A stretch of 64,000 nucleotides of DNA from Lytechinus pictus (Eukaryota). Within the stretch, counting starts at the first letter, position 1; each line of letters starts with the position of its first letter. The stretch lies in contig NC_087251.1 of assembly GCF_037042905.1 (NCBI RefSeq), positions 46,254,001-46,318,000 on the forward strand, read 5' to 3'. The position numbers were made by a program, and so were the translations under genes. The notes under the pieces were generated by a model. It saw nothing but the letters and a program-made list of their open reading frames with translations. It ran no database searches and had not been told where the DNA came from. Below are positions 1 to 12,356 of the stretch, one piece after another.

Positions 1-1214
1 GATTACAATAATTAGCAAAGTGTCGGAAACTTATAGCACCGTCAAAATGTTTACCCTTTGTGTTTACCTCCTCGCCCTAAAAAACAAACAGAAGAAAAGC
101 TTTTCCCTCTATCTAAGTTAATGTGAAAAAATTGTCATCACTAATTTCCAAACAAAAAGAGGATAGAGGGTTTCGTAGAAGAAGTAATCCATCTATAGAT
201 ATCATGTTGTCCAGATTGGTGTCCTTCATGGGTAATGATACGGTTATGAAGCATTATGGCGCCCCTGCCATCGCCTCCTAACTATAATAACGTAATATCC
301 ATAACACAAAAAGCAATGGACGAAGCAGTCAAGCGTGGAAATACAATCCGAATTTCGATTTATAAAACGCAAAAAATAACTCGCCCATTTGCGCATGAAA
401 CGAAAGGAAAAATTACGCTGAAATAAATTGGTAGAGATTAGTCTAAAAAAATCGACTAAATCCCTTGCAAAAGTTGGTAAAGCTGTATGTGTGACATTTT
501 TGTAGTGATGACTTTTTTTTCGTTTTGTGCATTTCCTTTATTTGAGCCGAAAAGAGTATTATTTCTATTGTCAAAAATTTAAAAAATTATGAAAATATGA
601 AATCCTGTGTCCGCCCCTGGTATACGTACCGTTCCCCGAATATATTGAGAATTTAAACCAAGCACATGTAATTTTCTGCATGGGAAAACAAATTCAAAAC
701 AAATCTTTTTTTGATCACCCCCACTAGCGTACCTAGGGGGGCAGGGGGCAGACTGCCCCCCCCCCCTGACGAGTCACAAGCAAAAAAAAAAGAAGCGAAA
801 AAATGGAAAGAAAAAAGAAAAGAGGAAAAGGAAAGAGAAAAAAGGGGGAAGGGGAAAAGGGAGAAAGAGTTTAAGAGAAATAGGAAAACAAAAACAGGAC
901 TGCAGACTGTCGGATACAATGATAACTGTCGGGCACACGGGGCTGTTCCAACAGAATCGTTTTTTTAGTTTAACCATCTTTGTCGGTAAATGTCAATTAA
1001 ACTGTACACTTTTATCAGTAAATTGTGATTTTTACGCAATTCGACTTTTAGAGCTCTCTGTACCGATAGTAAGAACGAACTGGGCTGACCAGGGACAGGG
1101 TAAAGGTAGAGAACAACTTTTAGGTAATATATATTGTACTGAATGTACTGTGCACACATCGGCTTACTGGAAATGCAAGAATCAAGTAGAAGGCGTTTAA
1201 CAAACCAGTCTAGG

Positions 1215-2114
1215 CAGGGGCGTCGATCCATTTTTCAGATTGGGGGGGGGGGGGCAAAATCATGAATCAACGTTCCAAAGGCGCTCGATCACACAAAACA
1301 AACAAACTCACCCACACACACCCCTACACCCCCCACACGCACATAGGCCTATATTTTATTTTCAGTATATGCATATATATATATATATATATATGACTCA
1401 TGAGAAAGAGACACATATCTCACCCTCACCAACAATGCGAGCGCGAAGCGCGAGCTGAAATTTTTTAGTATGACATGAAAACAGGAAAAATGTACCTGTT
1501 TAGGTTTGTAGTAACTCATGAGGAGGATAGATACATGTATCTCACTAGAGAGCGAGCTGAAATTTCTTTATATTCTGACCTGAAAGCTTAATATTCTAAG
1601 CATTTTTGGTACCAATGATTAAGAAGGGTATCTAGAAGAACAATAGATGCGAGCGCGAAGCGCAAGCTGAAAATTTTGATATTTCAATCTGGAAAAAAAA
1701 GACAGATTAATGGACGCTTTTAATAAAGAACAAGATATACATCCAACAAAATATTATCGCAAATCGAAGCGGGAGTTCTTTTGAGGTTTAGAACTGAAAA
1801 CGGGACATTCTATTCACCTATTTAGGCATGAAAAGTATGGGTTTTCACAGAAATGATGCGAGCGCGAAGCGCGAGCTGAAATTTTTATATTCCAATCTGA
1901 AAAGCAGACATTTTGAGCACGATTTTATATCAAAATCGAGTTGGTATCTCAATCTCGCTTGCTGATTTCAGTGTAGCATTACAATCTTATTTTATTTTTT
2001 AGTTGCACATGCATAATTATTGGGGGGGCAAAACGATATGTTTGCCCCCCCAATATTTTCATTGGTGGGGCGATCGCCCCCTGCCCCCCCCCCCCCCCAG
2101 GATCGACGCCTCTG
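1215..2114. mobile_element. Non-autonomous hAT-type DNA transposon (900 bp)
   Basis: TIRs CAGGGGCGTCGATCC (1215) and GGATCGACGCCTCTG (ends 2114). Perfect 8-bp TSD AGTCTAGG at 1207-1214 and 2115-2122. Internal repeated motif GCGAGCGCGAAGCGCGAGCTGAAA. No transposase ORF. Confidence 0.85.
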
Positions 2115-2251
2115 AGTCTAGGCCATATAAAAGGATGCACTTGAGCAGAACAAGATCAAACTACATTACAATCACGACAATGGAAGGTATTATATCTTTG
2201 GTTGAATAAAGTGGGAAGGGGCTTTCTCCCATCAGGGTACCGTTTCATTAA

Positions 2252-2670
2252 AAGGGGAAGTCCACCCTGACAAAAAAAAAATTAAATAGCAGAAAAATAT
2301 AATCAAAAATATTGCCGAAGGTTTGATAAAAATCCACCAAAGAATTAAAAATATATTAGAAATTTAATTATTTGATTTGTGACGTTATATGCGAGCAGCT
2401 TTCTATCGAATAGTAAAAAATCAACGAAATTTGAAAACGGTTTTTACTGTACATGCAATATCAATCATGTCAAATTGTCAAATAGACAAACCATTTTACA
2501 CAAGTTCCTAAAAATGAATACAAAATAAGTCATCACGAACCATTCAAGATTTGAAATCTATGCATCTTATATTTTTAGATATGAGGCAGCTGCTTGTTTA
2601 TGACGTCACAAATCCAAAACTTGAAATTATAATAATTCCTTAATCTTTAATTTATTTTCCTCAAAACTTT
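2252..2670. mobile_element. Truncated Kolobok-like (TTAA-target) MITE, left part
   Basis: Starts after TTAA with (A)AGGGGAAGTCCACCC. Internal sequence (AAATAGCAG...GAAGGTTTG...TTTGTGACGT) matches the complete copy at 35826-36307. Right TIR not found, so the end is approximate. Confidence 0.55.
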
Positions 2671-2940
2671 TTTTTTATCCTTTTCATATGTAAATCACTC
2701 TTTTAGATTCTGCCATATCATTTTCATGTAGCCAGACCAGCCAGACAGTCCCCCTGTTATGAAGTTTGAGTTGAATCAAAGTTACATGCTAAAGGTCATT
2801 TATATTATTACGCCATCCTTGAAAAATGACGTAATAATATATATCTTGAAAAGTACAAAGCCAGCCGACTGCGTAAAGAACGCTTATGGAAATGCGCCAA
2901 TAGCATGCCAGCGCTGAATAACGGCGCAGCGCAAATGTGA

Positions 2941-3110
2941 CCACGCCCTGGTAACAGCTGCACCCCTCACGCGCCCTGCCTGGTAACAAGTGTTTGTAAA
3001 CAAACCCCATTCTCTTTGCAAATTTGCTCTCCCGAGAACCCACTGCCAAATTTTTGACAGTTTTCACTAATTTTGCTTGCACTTTTCAAGTCATTTTTGC
3101 TAATTGTCAG
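2941..3110 (+). promoter_or_regulatory. Putative promoter and non-coding first exon of the kinase gene
   Basis: Local GC/CpG-rich patch with CCACGCCC (KLF/SP-like), two CCTGGTAAC (RFX X-box half-site-like, 2947 and 2979) and GTAAACAAA (forkhead-like, 2996). Donor CAG|GTCAGT at 3110/3111 could splice to the acceptor TTTTAG at 3977 just before the ATG at 4005. Confidence 0.35.
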
Positions 3111-3334
3111 GTCAGTATCATATCGTTAGATATTTCTTGATAAGTTGAGCAAGTTTGGAGAAAAAATGATGAATATTCAAAACTTAGTGAACGAAAATGT
3201 GACATGATAAAATGTCACATTTCATGTTTTCGACGATCGTCGTGCATAATCGATCAGTTTGTAAAGTCTGTAGAGTGTAGACCATGGTAGGGCCTATTAA
3301 ATATATATATTCAAATCAAATTCAAACTGAGATT

Positions 3335-3574
3335 GGGTGATTTCAAGTTCAGTGTTGACCTTTTGGTGTTGGTGTTAGGTCAATTTTTACACGATTTTAA
3401 CACCAAAAATAACATGAAGATGGTCCCGAAAAGTCACTCACTAGTTGTTGAGATGTCAATGAAGGGATCTGGATAAGTTTTACAAAATCTGAATTAGTTT
3501 TGGAGCTAGGGGAAGCAAACTAAATTTCAACACTAACACCAACACCAAGGCCAACACCGGACTTGAAATCACCC
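3335..3574. mobile_element. PIF/Harbinger-like MITE (240 bp)
   Basis: ~40-bp imperfect TIRs GGGTGATTTCAAGTTCAGTGTTG... and ...CAACACCGGACTTGAAATCACCC. 3-bp TSD ATT on both sides (3332-3334, 3575-3577). Confidence 0.7.
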
Positions 3575-4004
3575 ATTGATCTAAAATCTAACAGTTGGAT
3601 CAATATCAATTTGAGTTTCATTTGATTTTGAATCTAACTCCTGGGCCGATAGACTAGATCTAGATCTATATCGTAAATCTTTGCTAGATCTTTAGATCGG
3701 CATGCTGAATTCAAGAATACGAAAGCGATAAATTTCATAATATTGTTAAGCAGTGTCTCACAAATTGAATTCACACAACTTTGTAGACTAGATTTATTTT
3801 GACAAATCTATAAAAAGAATTATCTTTCTAAAGTTTGGGACATCTAGATCTACGCCCGCCATGCATTCTACCGGTCACGTGACTGAAACACACGTTTGAA
3901 TTTCTATAATTTCTTTTTTTTCCTTTTCAATTCTACTCTTTCCAATTTCTCTCATATTAGAACAAAGTTTCTTTTAGTTTGATCACGGGAAACATATTTT
4001 GGCG

Positions 4005-7000
4005 ATGTATTGCAATCGACTTGTCCGTCCCCCTACCCCCTGGGTCCTGAGATCAGTTCCCCGTACTGGGTCAGCTTCTCCGGCCATCACATCACCGATG
4101 GTTAATTCCATGGATGTAAGCAAATTATATGCAATTAAAATATGTGAATGAAATAAAATAAGAATGAAACAAACATAAATGAAGAAATAAGTACCAGACT
4201 TATCTATATGTTGTCTTATCTGAGAGGACATGGCATTACATTATGATTGAATAATAATGATATACAATTTTATCAACGACGCCATAATTATGGATTGAAT
4301 GTAAATCAAAATTAATAATAGAACATTTGCAAACAGCAAAGTGATAGATAAATGAATAGATAAGTAAATAACAATTAATGAATAAATAAATTAATCAATA
4401 AAAGTAAATGAATTGATAAAAAATAAATAAAAAAATAATAAAAAAATATATGAATGAATAATTTATTAACGAATGAATAAATAAATTATTGAAAAAAAAC
4501 TTACATAAATGAATGAATAGTTTGATGAATACATAGAAAAATAGACAAATAGATAAATGATTAAATAATTGAATGAAAAATAAACAAGTAAATGAACAAT
4601 TATAAAATAAGATTATGAATGAATAAAAAAAATGAATAGATAAATAAAATAATTTAACTACTTCTCAAGCGTGCAATGTGGTGCAGATTCAGGACACAGC
4701 TTCTTATGCATTTTTGGCATACAGTCACTAAATTTGTATTAAAAAAATGGATAAAAGAAACAAATAAAAACAAACACCTCAGAGTTTGCTAAATTTGAAA
4801 AATTGAAAATATTATATATAGGCCTAAAATGGTAGGATAATGATTAGATAATTCACATATTGAATTCTTAAACCCACAAATGCATTCAGTTAGGCTTTTA
4901 AATGTCATCAATGTAGTATCTTTAAAAAAAAAAATGATCAATTTAATATAGGAGCTGTGTCGGTCTCACCAGGATCCAACTTTCTCCCCATCCATCATCT
5001 CTCCCAACACATCAGCTGGCAACATGTCGGGCAGGCTGCTTCTGCAGTGCTTGCAACAATCCCTGGAGAAACAGCAACTTCAGGAAAAGATTGCTGTACG
5101 TCTTTTTACAATCTAGATTTTACTTGTATTTTTCAATTTAAGGGAAAATCCTTCAAAAGAAATAATGATAACATATTTTTAACATAATAATTTACAAATA
5201 AAAGTGGAGAATTCAGCATTAAAAAAAAAAAAAGTGCACAACTAGTTACCAATAATGCACATAGCATTTCCATTTATTTGAAAGCAGGATAAAAGAGCAA
5301 TGTAGATTAAATGCCTTGCTCACGGGCATAGGTGCCGCCGTCGGGGATCGAACCCCGGACTTTACATGTTTAGCCAGGCGCCTTAGACCACTCGGCCACG
5401 GCACCTCCACTAGAAAATTAAGCATTGCTTGATTTTTTCGATATAGACCTTTATGAAATGAAATAAAAAGTGAAAGAAATATATTGTAATTGATAGAGTT
5501 CTTGTTTTATTCTAGCCACGTGAAAAATAACAAAATTTTATTTATATGTTCAAATCACAGAGCCTGGCTACCCAGCTTGGTGTTGGGCCTGATGGAGACA
5601 GCGCAGACCTCCTCGCTAAGATCAACTCTCTGGTGACAGAATCAGAGGGAAGGAGGCAACAGGCAGAGAAGAAGGCCAAGGCTTTCCAATATCGGTTCCT
5701 GGACTCAGAGAGCGAAGTCCAGATCTTGAAGATGGAACTGGCAGAGGCCAGAAAGCAGAGAGATGCTGCTTTAAAGAATCTTCAAGTAAATACTTTCTTA
5801 TTTTTTCCGATGATTTAACCAGAAGGGATGCAAAGTTCTTGTGGACTCATATTTTTTGGAAACAATTTTATTCATAATTTGATGTACACGAAACATACTG
5901 TTTAATGGTATAATGTTTAGGGCTGAACAATATCAAAAATTTTCTATTTCATCAAACAATGTAAAAGTTAGAATCTATCTCATGTGAAATTTTGATTGTT
6001 TTTTTTTAATATTTCTGTTTTCCAAGGATATGACTTGGGAGCCAGTTGAGAGCTCTTCTCCTGCCGATGGAGCAGCTACCAGAGTCTCTTGGTAAATGTC
6101 AAAGAAATTGAAAGAAATAAAAATTATTGAAAAAAAGATGTATTCATTTATTTTTTTCTGGCGGTTGTAAGGCATTAATATAATCTTTCACTCTTTTTTT
6201 TTCAGCAAACTGATTTGGAAAAGGCAAATGTAAAAGGAAGGAATAAAATATTCTTATTGTATTCAAAATTTATAATCAGACAAAGGAAAATATGTTTAAA
6301 GTCCAGGGCAAAAATGTTAAATTACAGAGAGATTATTGATAATAGTTGTATTGTTTTGATAGCTGGCAGACGTATACAAATTTGTTCGATTAATACAGGT
6401 TACTTAAACAATTATTAATGTCAAATCTATTGTCACCTAGGTATTCTGGAGACAACCCACAGTCACTGTCTTCAGCACCATTAGACCATGGAGTAGCACC
6501 CACCTCTACACCAGACACAGCACCATACAACCCATCTACACCAGACACAGCACCTTACAACCCATCTACACCAGACACAGCACCATACAACCCACCGACA
6601 CCAGACACAGCACCTTACAACCCATCTTCACCAGACACAGCACCTTACAACCCATCTACACCAGACACAGCACCTTACAACCCATCGACACCAGATACAG
6701 CCCCCATTGACACAATGACACTACCCCTTGCGTAAGCATTATGCTCTAAATCGAAATGTTTGTAAAAATCAAATAAAAAACAACATAAATCATGTATCAT
6801 CGAATAAATAATAGATCTGCAATCAAAAAACACATTTAAAAGGGTGAAAAAAAAATTAAAAAAAACATTCGCGAAAAATGTCACGTTCCACTTGTGACGC
6901 GGCAACTTGAAAATCTTTATTATTCATCTATGTTTCTTATTTATTGTGAAATTCAATAGATATAAAAAAGACTTTCATTAAAGAAGAAAAACTATTATGA

Positions 7001-8369
7001 TTATCATTATTATACCATTTTTTGTAGAACTACATCAGTGAGCTCAGCTGTTGGTGTTGCCACATCTCCTTCCAGCGGTTCAACTGCCCCTGCCCTTGTG
7101 CCGGCATCTTCCTTCGTCCAGGCAATGGGCGATCTGAAGTCCTTCCTACCAGGAGGTGGGGACGTCTTCCTGGGCAGCGGAGTAAACGGAACAGTCCATC
7201 TCTTCCGTCATCGTGTGACCGACCATCCCATCGCATTGAAGACCTTCGAGCTCCCCAACGATTTTGAGGAGATGACTACGAAGGTTGGTTCTCTCTTATT
7301 TAAAAAAACGTTAAAACGTATATAGAGCTTCGCATATAAGACCAGACGATGCAATCGTAGATTTAAAAAAATAGATGTAACAAAGAGCATACTCAAAGAA
7401 CTTGTTTTTATTTGCATTGATTTGCATTTCGATAGGTCAAGGTCATCCAGTCCGAAGCTTTCATCCTCGACCTTCTTGGTAGAGAGGAGTGCTTCCCGAC
7501 TTTCCTTGGATGCTTGGAGATCAGCACAGGAACGATTGGCCTTGCGATGGATTTCATCGGGGATACGACTACGGGAGAGACCTGGACACTCAGCCGTGGC
7601 ATGATAGAGTTAGTACTGAGTCAACAAGAGTGGTAAGTTGATGATTTATTCTAACTCTTCAGCATAAGGCTTAATTGTACATGTATAAATCTTTATTTGG
7701 ATTTTTTCACGTTTCATCACCTGTCTTTTCTTTTCCTCTGGTCTTTTCTTTTCTGTTAGGTTCAGTCTGGCTCTCGACATTGCCAAGTCACTTGGGGTGA
7801 TTCACGAGAAAGGCTACTTGATGAACGACCTCAAGGAAGACAACTGCTTGCTTCGAAAGGCTACATCTGGACGATGGCAAGCGGTTATCGTGGACTTTGG
7901 GCTGGCCTGTTCCCGAACCGAACCCTTCTCCTTCTGCTTCTCCACCGAGGATAAAGAGAAGTACCGAAGAAAGGTATGTTTAACATGTTGGTCAAATTAA
8001 AAACGTTTTATGGTTCTTTATTGCTAATCTTTTCATTTATCTAATTCACTGTTTTCTCTCTAATTTGGATGTCCATACGTCAAACGCTAATCGAATGGTT
8101 TTAAGAAAATTTCTATCGTAATATAATTTACACTTTTTATTTCATATTTACAGGAGATCTATACCCACATTGCCCCAGAATGCGCCCTCGATGACCATCC
8201 GATCTCTGTCTCGAGTGACGTGTTCCAGCTCGGCCGTCTGTTGACCCTAATGGGAGAACGCACGAACACCGCCGATCTCACCGCCATTGGGAACATCTGT
8301 CGGCTTAATACCCACCTCTGCCGACCCACCATCGACGAGGTCGTCGACGAGATCGAGAGGGTAATGTAG
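4005..8369 (+). CDS. Atypical (non-RD) Ser/Thr protein kinase, 572 aa: N-terminal coiled coil, Pro/Thr decapeptide repeat, C-terminal compact kinase domain
   Basis: Hand-spliced exons 4005-4115, 4952-5095, 5561-5785, 6027-6091, 6441-6731, 7028-7283, 7436-7632, 7760-7973, 8154-8369. All introns GT-AG with consistent phases (0,0,0,2,2,0,2,0); total 1719 nt with no internal stop. Kinase motifs: LGSGVNGTV, IALK, alphaC Glu (QSEA), MNDLKEDN, DFG, HIAPE, SDVFQLG, RPTIDEV. The kinase exons are firm; the first two exons are less certain. Confidence 0.85.
4340..4655. repeat. Low-complexity (AATA/AATG)n tract in kinase intron
   Basis: Degenerate ATAAATGAATAA-type repeats. Similar tracts at ~18395-18550 and ~57040-57105. 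Confidence 0.7.
5205..5408 (-). mobile_element. tRNA-derived SINE
   Basis: On the - strand: GGTGCCCGTGGCCGAGTGGTCTAAGGCG (A box)...GGGGTTCGATCCCCG (B box)...GGCACC, followed by a CCCGTGAGCAAGGCATTTAATC central-domain-like segment typical of animal tRNA-SINEs. 3' end approximate. Confidence 0.75.
6505..6705 (+). repeat. Coding 30-bp tandem repeat (STPDTAPYNP x6 plus a partial unit)
   Basis: Unit TCTACACCAGACACAGCACCWTACAACCCA at 6505, 6535, 6565, 6595, 6625, 6655 and partial at 6685, in frame within kinase exon 5. Confidence 0.95.
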
Positions 8370-11300
8370 GCTCTCACTGCATTTCAAAAGATGTTAAATC
8401 ATTTCCCCTTTCTAACATATTAAAAAAATGTTTTTTTAACGAATTTAGAGTAAAATGCCTTGTGGATATTTTTTTTTAGTAACCTTATTTCAGTTTCACA
8501 TTTTAATCAAGACACTGCTGCATATTCACAGAATGATGTTGTTTGATAACTTTAATAAATTTTGTATTCAGATAAATCATGTTTTCACAATTGTTTTGAA
8601 ATCAGGAAAATTATATTTTCATCTTGCATCAAACATGCAGTAGAAATACTAAACATGCAGTAGTAATACTAAATGGTAAAATGAACGAACTAAAAATTTG
8701 TTATGATTAGTTTATTGTAATTCATTCTTTAAAGTGTAAAAAGGGTATCACTGCATCTGCATCACAACGTCTTATTCACATCAAGTTATAAAACGAATAT
8801 TCAAAAAATAATTAATCTGAAGAAATTTTGAACATGATTACCGAAACGAGACAAACGGCATATTCTATATTTGGTTCTCCCCCGATATAACAACAAAAAA
8901 AAGAATGAATTTCGATTTTTTTTTTTTGTGCTCTCAACCATCACTACTTGTATCATCCAAAGAGAAGTTGAATTTTCAATAGTATAAGTAAAATTTTAAC
9001 AGAGCATTTATTAACGATGAAGTAAGTTTATGATATTTTATGAACTTTTTCTTCAAAGAAAGAACCACCTGGAATACATATTACAAATAGATTTGAATGA
9101 AAGGTACTTAAACTTCAGATAATTGCAGGGTAATTGATTTATTATCTTTTGAAATGCAGTGGTAGGGTAAGTATTGTAAATATTCTTTATATACTATTTT
9201 ACTTTAGAATTCTCATAGCTGCTCGATATTACAATTATGATTGGTATAACAGTTTGGCAAATACAAGGGCCCTAGTTAGATAAACGTTATACTATTCGGG
9301 TATAACTGGTAACTAAATGTAGGTTGATCGTGGAACATGTGGAGATTACCATTGGATAGCAACTAAATTTTTAAGCAACTGGGTTCTACCCATAAACCAT
9401 TGCAGTGAAATTAAACTGATTGCTCGTTCAAACGGAAGAAGTTCTGCAGTACTTCTAAAAAAATCTCGGCTCTCGATAAAGTAATAAAAAATACAAAATT
9501 GATTTGATATGTGATCATTCAAATTCCAGTTCGAATCGGTCAGGATAACTTGTACGTAGTCTGCAGCCAAAATATCGTGATTGAAATTTTTACCATATTT
9601 ACTCATCAAGTTGATGAAAGTATAGCATAAAAAATCAAATCAAGAAGGGAGCTTTTACAATAGTATGCAAATTCAGGCCACTTTCTTAAAAAGAAATGGT
9701 TTACCCGGCAAACTAACTTAAGTAATTATATTTTATTGATAAAGATCATATCAGCTGATCGACAACGCCTAAATTTCATCTGAATTTCCGTTTCAAAACA
9801 AACTAAATTGCATATAAAGAAAACATAATGAAAGACAAAATAGTTCGTTGCCACTTGTAATATATATACACAAAAAAAGAAATAATAATAATAAAAAAAT
9901 GAATGGCTTGATGTCTTAGAAAAATGAAACAAGAATTGATACTGAAATGAAACTAACTGAATAAATATTCAGAAGACTTCCTTTCACTGTTGATTAAACG
10001 GAGATGGAGCAATCGGTATCGAAACCGAAGGTAGTCCATCACGGTACAGAGCGGGGTGGGGCTCTGTACACAGGGGTGGCGCCCGGTTAATTTTGATGGG
10101 AGGATGGGGTGTGAGACGACATTATGAAGATGGCTTTTTTCTCAATTGAATCAAAAGAAACATAGCAATTTCTTTTACACTTTTCATTCTCTTCCTTTCC
10201 CTTCTATTTTTATTTTTACTCTCCCCCAATTTTCACTACTTGAAAAAAAATTAGGGGAACACCCCCTGCCCCACCCCTTTTATGGTGCCGCCCGGCCTGT
10301 CTGTACAAAATGTCGAAAACATGTATTTCTAATATTATATTCGCAAGGTAGGTGTTGTAATTGGTCATTCATATAAAGTGGACTAAAAATAACTCCTCTC
10401 CTTCCTTTTTTTAAAAGGCTATGGCTATATGAGAAGGAGGAGAAGGGTTATTAGAAAAAAATATATACATTTGTCCAGAGGTGGTGTACATTGTGTGTGC
10501 GCGCGTGAAAGGAGAAGGTCATTCTGGGGGCCGTATCATTAACGGACTAGTCAGACGTTTCATCCGACTAAGTTTGCTTAATTAGTGTAGTCCCACACAA
10601 TATGTGTGGGACTACACGGAGCATATATGTTCATATTGTGGTAGCACATCGCATACCAAGTTCACTCACGTAACAGCAGAATTTGAGTCATATCACCACA
10701 AGATACCAACATTTGTGAAGCAAAAGCACTCAAGGAACAATTCGCATGTCAGAATCAACAAAATTATGATCATTTGCCAATCAAAAATGTAAGATTTCAC
10801 GTAGAAAAAGCGAAGGATATGTAGACGTTCGCGTCACGTAGACTGCATTGAGTGTTCATTATAATTATTATCATAAAGAAAAAAAAATACATACAAATTC
10901 AAAGGGAAAAAAATCGAGAAAATATCAAAAGAAAGCAATTTGAAACAAAAATATGTTTTTTCATCATGAAGAATTCAAAGAATCGAAGGGAAATTGAACT
11001 TTTCTGGAAAGAAAAATTGATGATATTAAATCAAATTTCGCAGTAGAACATCATTTCAGTTAGATTTGAAAAGTGTGTTTATTCTTTCTGAAAAGTTATA
11101 GTAATATTTCCTCACAATTTGTTTTGTCCATGTTTTGACAAAATGTTTTATAGTAATCAATTTCCTCATGTTTTTTTTGTTCATGTTTGAAAGGTTTCAA
11201 ATATGGGACAAAGAAAGATTCTGACTTTTCTAAAAGAGTATTATTATCCAAAGATACCCCTCGCCTGTCATACCTGTGATGTGAGTCTGTAACCTTGTAA

Positions 11301-12049
11301 ATGACAAACGGCTTCTCTGTGAGGAGGATCGAAAAGGTTTAGGAGCAAGAAGGGGATTAATAAAGTACATGAGAACGATTCCCCAATGATTAAAACAAGG
11401 TTCTCATCGTACTATAATGAGGTACTGTTTATCATAGCAATCGTTGTCATGGAGCAGTGATAGCAGTGATATCGTGTCCTTAAAAATTATAATGTATTGG
11501 ATTTAAACAATCATAATTTAATTTTGATAACTTAATATAATATACGTTGACATTTACGTAATGAAATTGGCGTAAAAAAAATAAGGGGCACAAAACGAGG
11601 TATAGGGAAAAGGTCTAAAAAGTAGCTAGCGAGCGAAAAAGTTGACGTTTGAATTGAAACTATAATTTCATAAAAAATAGTCAGAAAATGATATCATATT
11701 TCACACTTTTTTATTTTCTTATTTTTTCTTGGTCGTGCGATTTTTGTGTGTGAAGGGGGCGATACTCTATAGTTCACCAAAGCACCCCCCCCCTTCTACG
11801 CCAGTGAAGTATTCGTTTGTACGGTAAGGAGAATAGGCTCACACAATTTAGATTAATAAGTTAATGATAGTATATCTTCAATTGTATCATGGTCAGACGA
11901 CGGAAGAAATTGAGAGAAACTCAGAAAAAAAAGATGACCCCGCCCACTCCCATCTATCAAATAAGGAATTCAGTGAATGACTTCAAGAAAGAAGACATAG
12001 ATTTGATAATATCATTTTCTGTAATGATATCGGTAATGATAAGTACATG

Positions 12050-12160
12050 AATGATCATCATCATCATAGTCGTCGGCATCATCATCATCATCACCACCAC
12101 CATCATCGTCATCACCACCACCATCATCATCATCACCACCACCATTATCATCATCACCAC

Positions 12161-12196
<36 letters not shown>

Positions 12197-12356
12197 GATC
12201 ATGATCATCATGATCATGATGATCATCATCATGATCATCATTATCATTATTGTCATCATCATCATCTCCACTTCCGTCATCATCATCATAATCATTATCA
12301 TCTCCACCACCGTCATCATCATCATAATCATCATCATTATGATCTTCATCATCATC
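12050..12356. repeat. (ATC)n-type trinucleotide microsatellite
   Basis: Degenerate ATC/ACC/GTC repeats. They produce spurious poly-H/I/D/M ORFs in several frames. Confidence 0.95.

Noticed and set aside
653..977. Lys/Glu-rich and Phe-rich ORFs (also 56601-56822)
   Set aside because: Purine-rich low-complexity tracts inside transposon-derived sequence.
10044..10069. 9-bp hairpin GTACAGAGC/GCTCTGTAC as a Helitron 3' end that might enclose the kinase gene
   Set aside because: No CTRR terminus at the expected distance and no matching 5' end or TIR/TSD around the kinase, so there is no support for the gene being transposon cargo.
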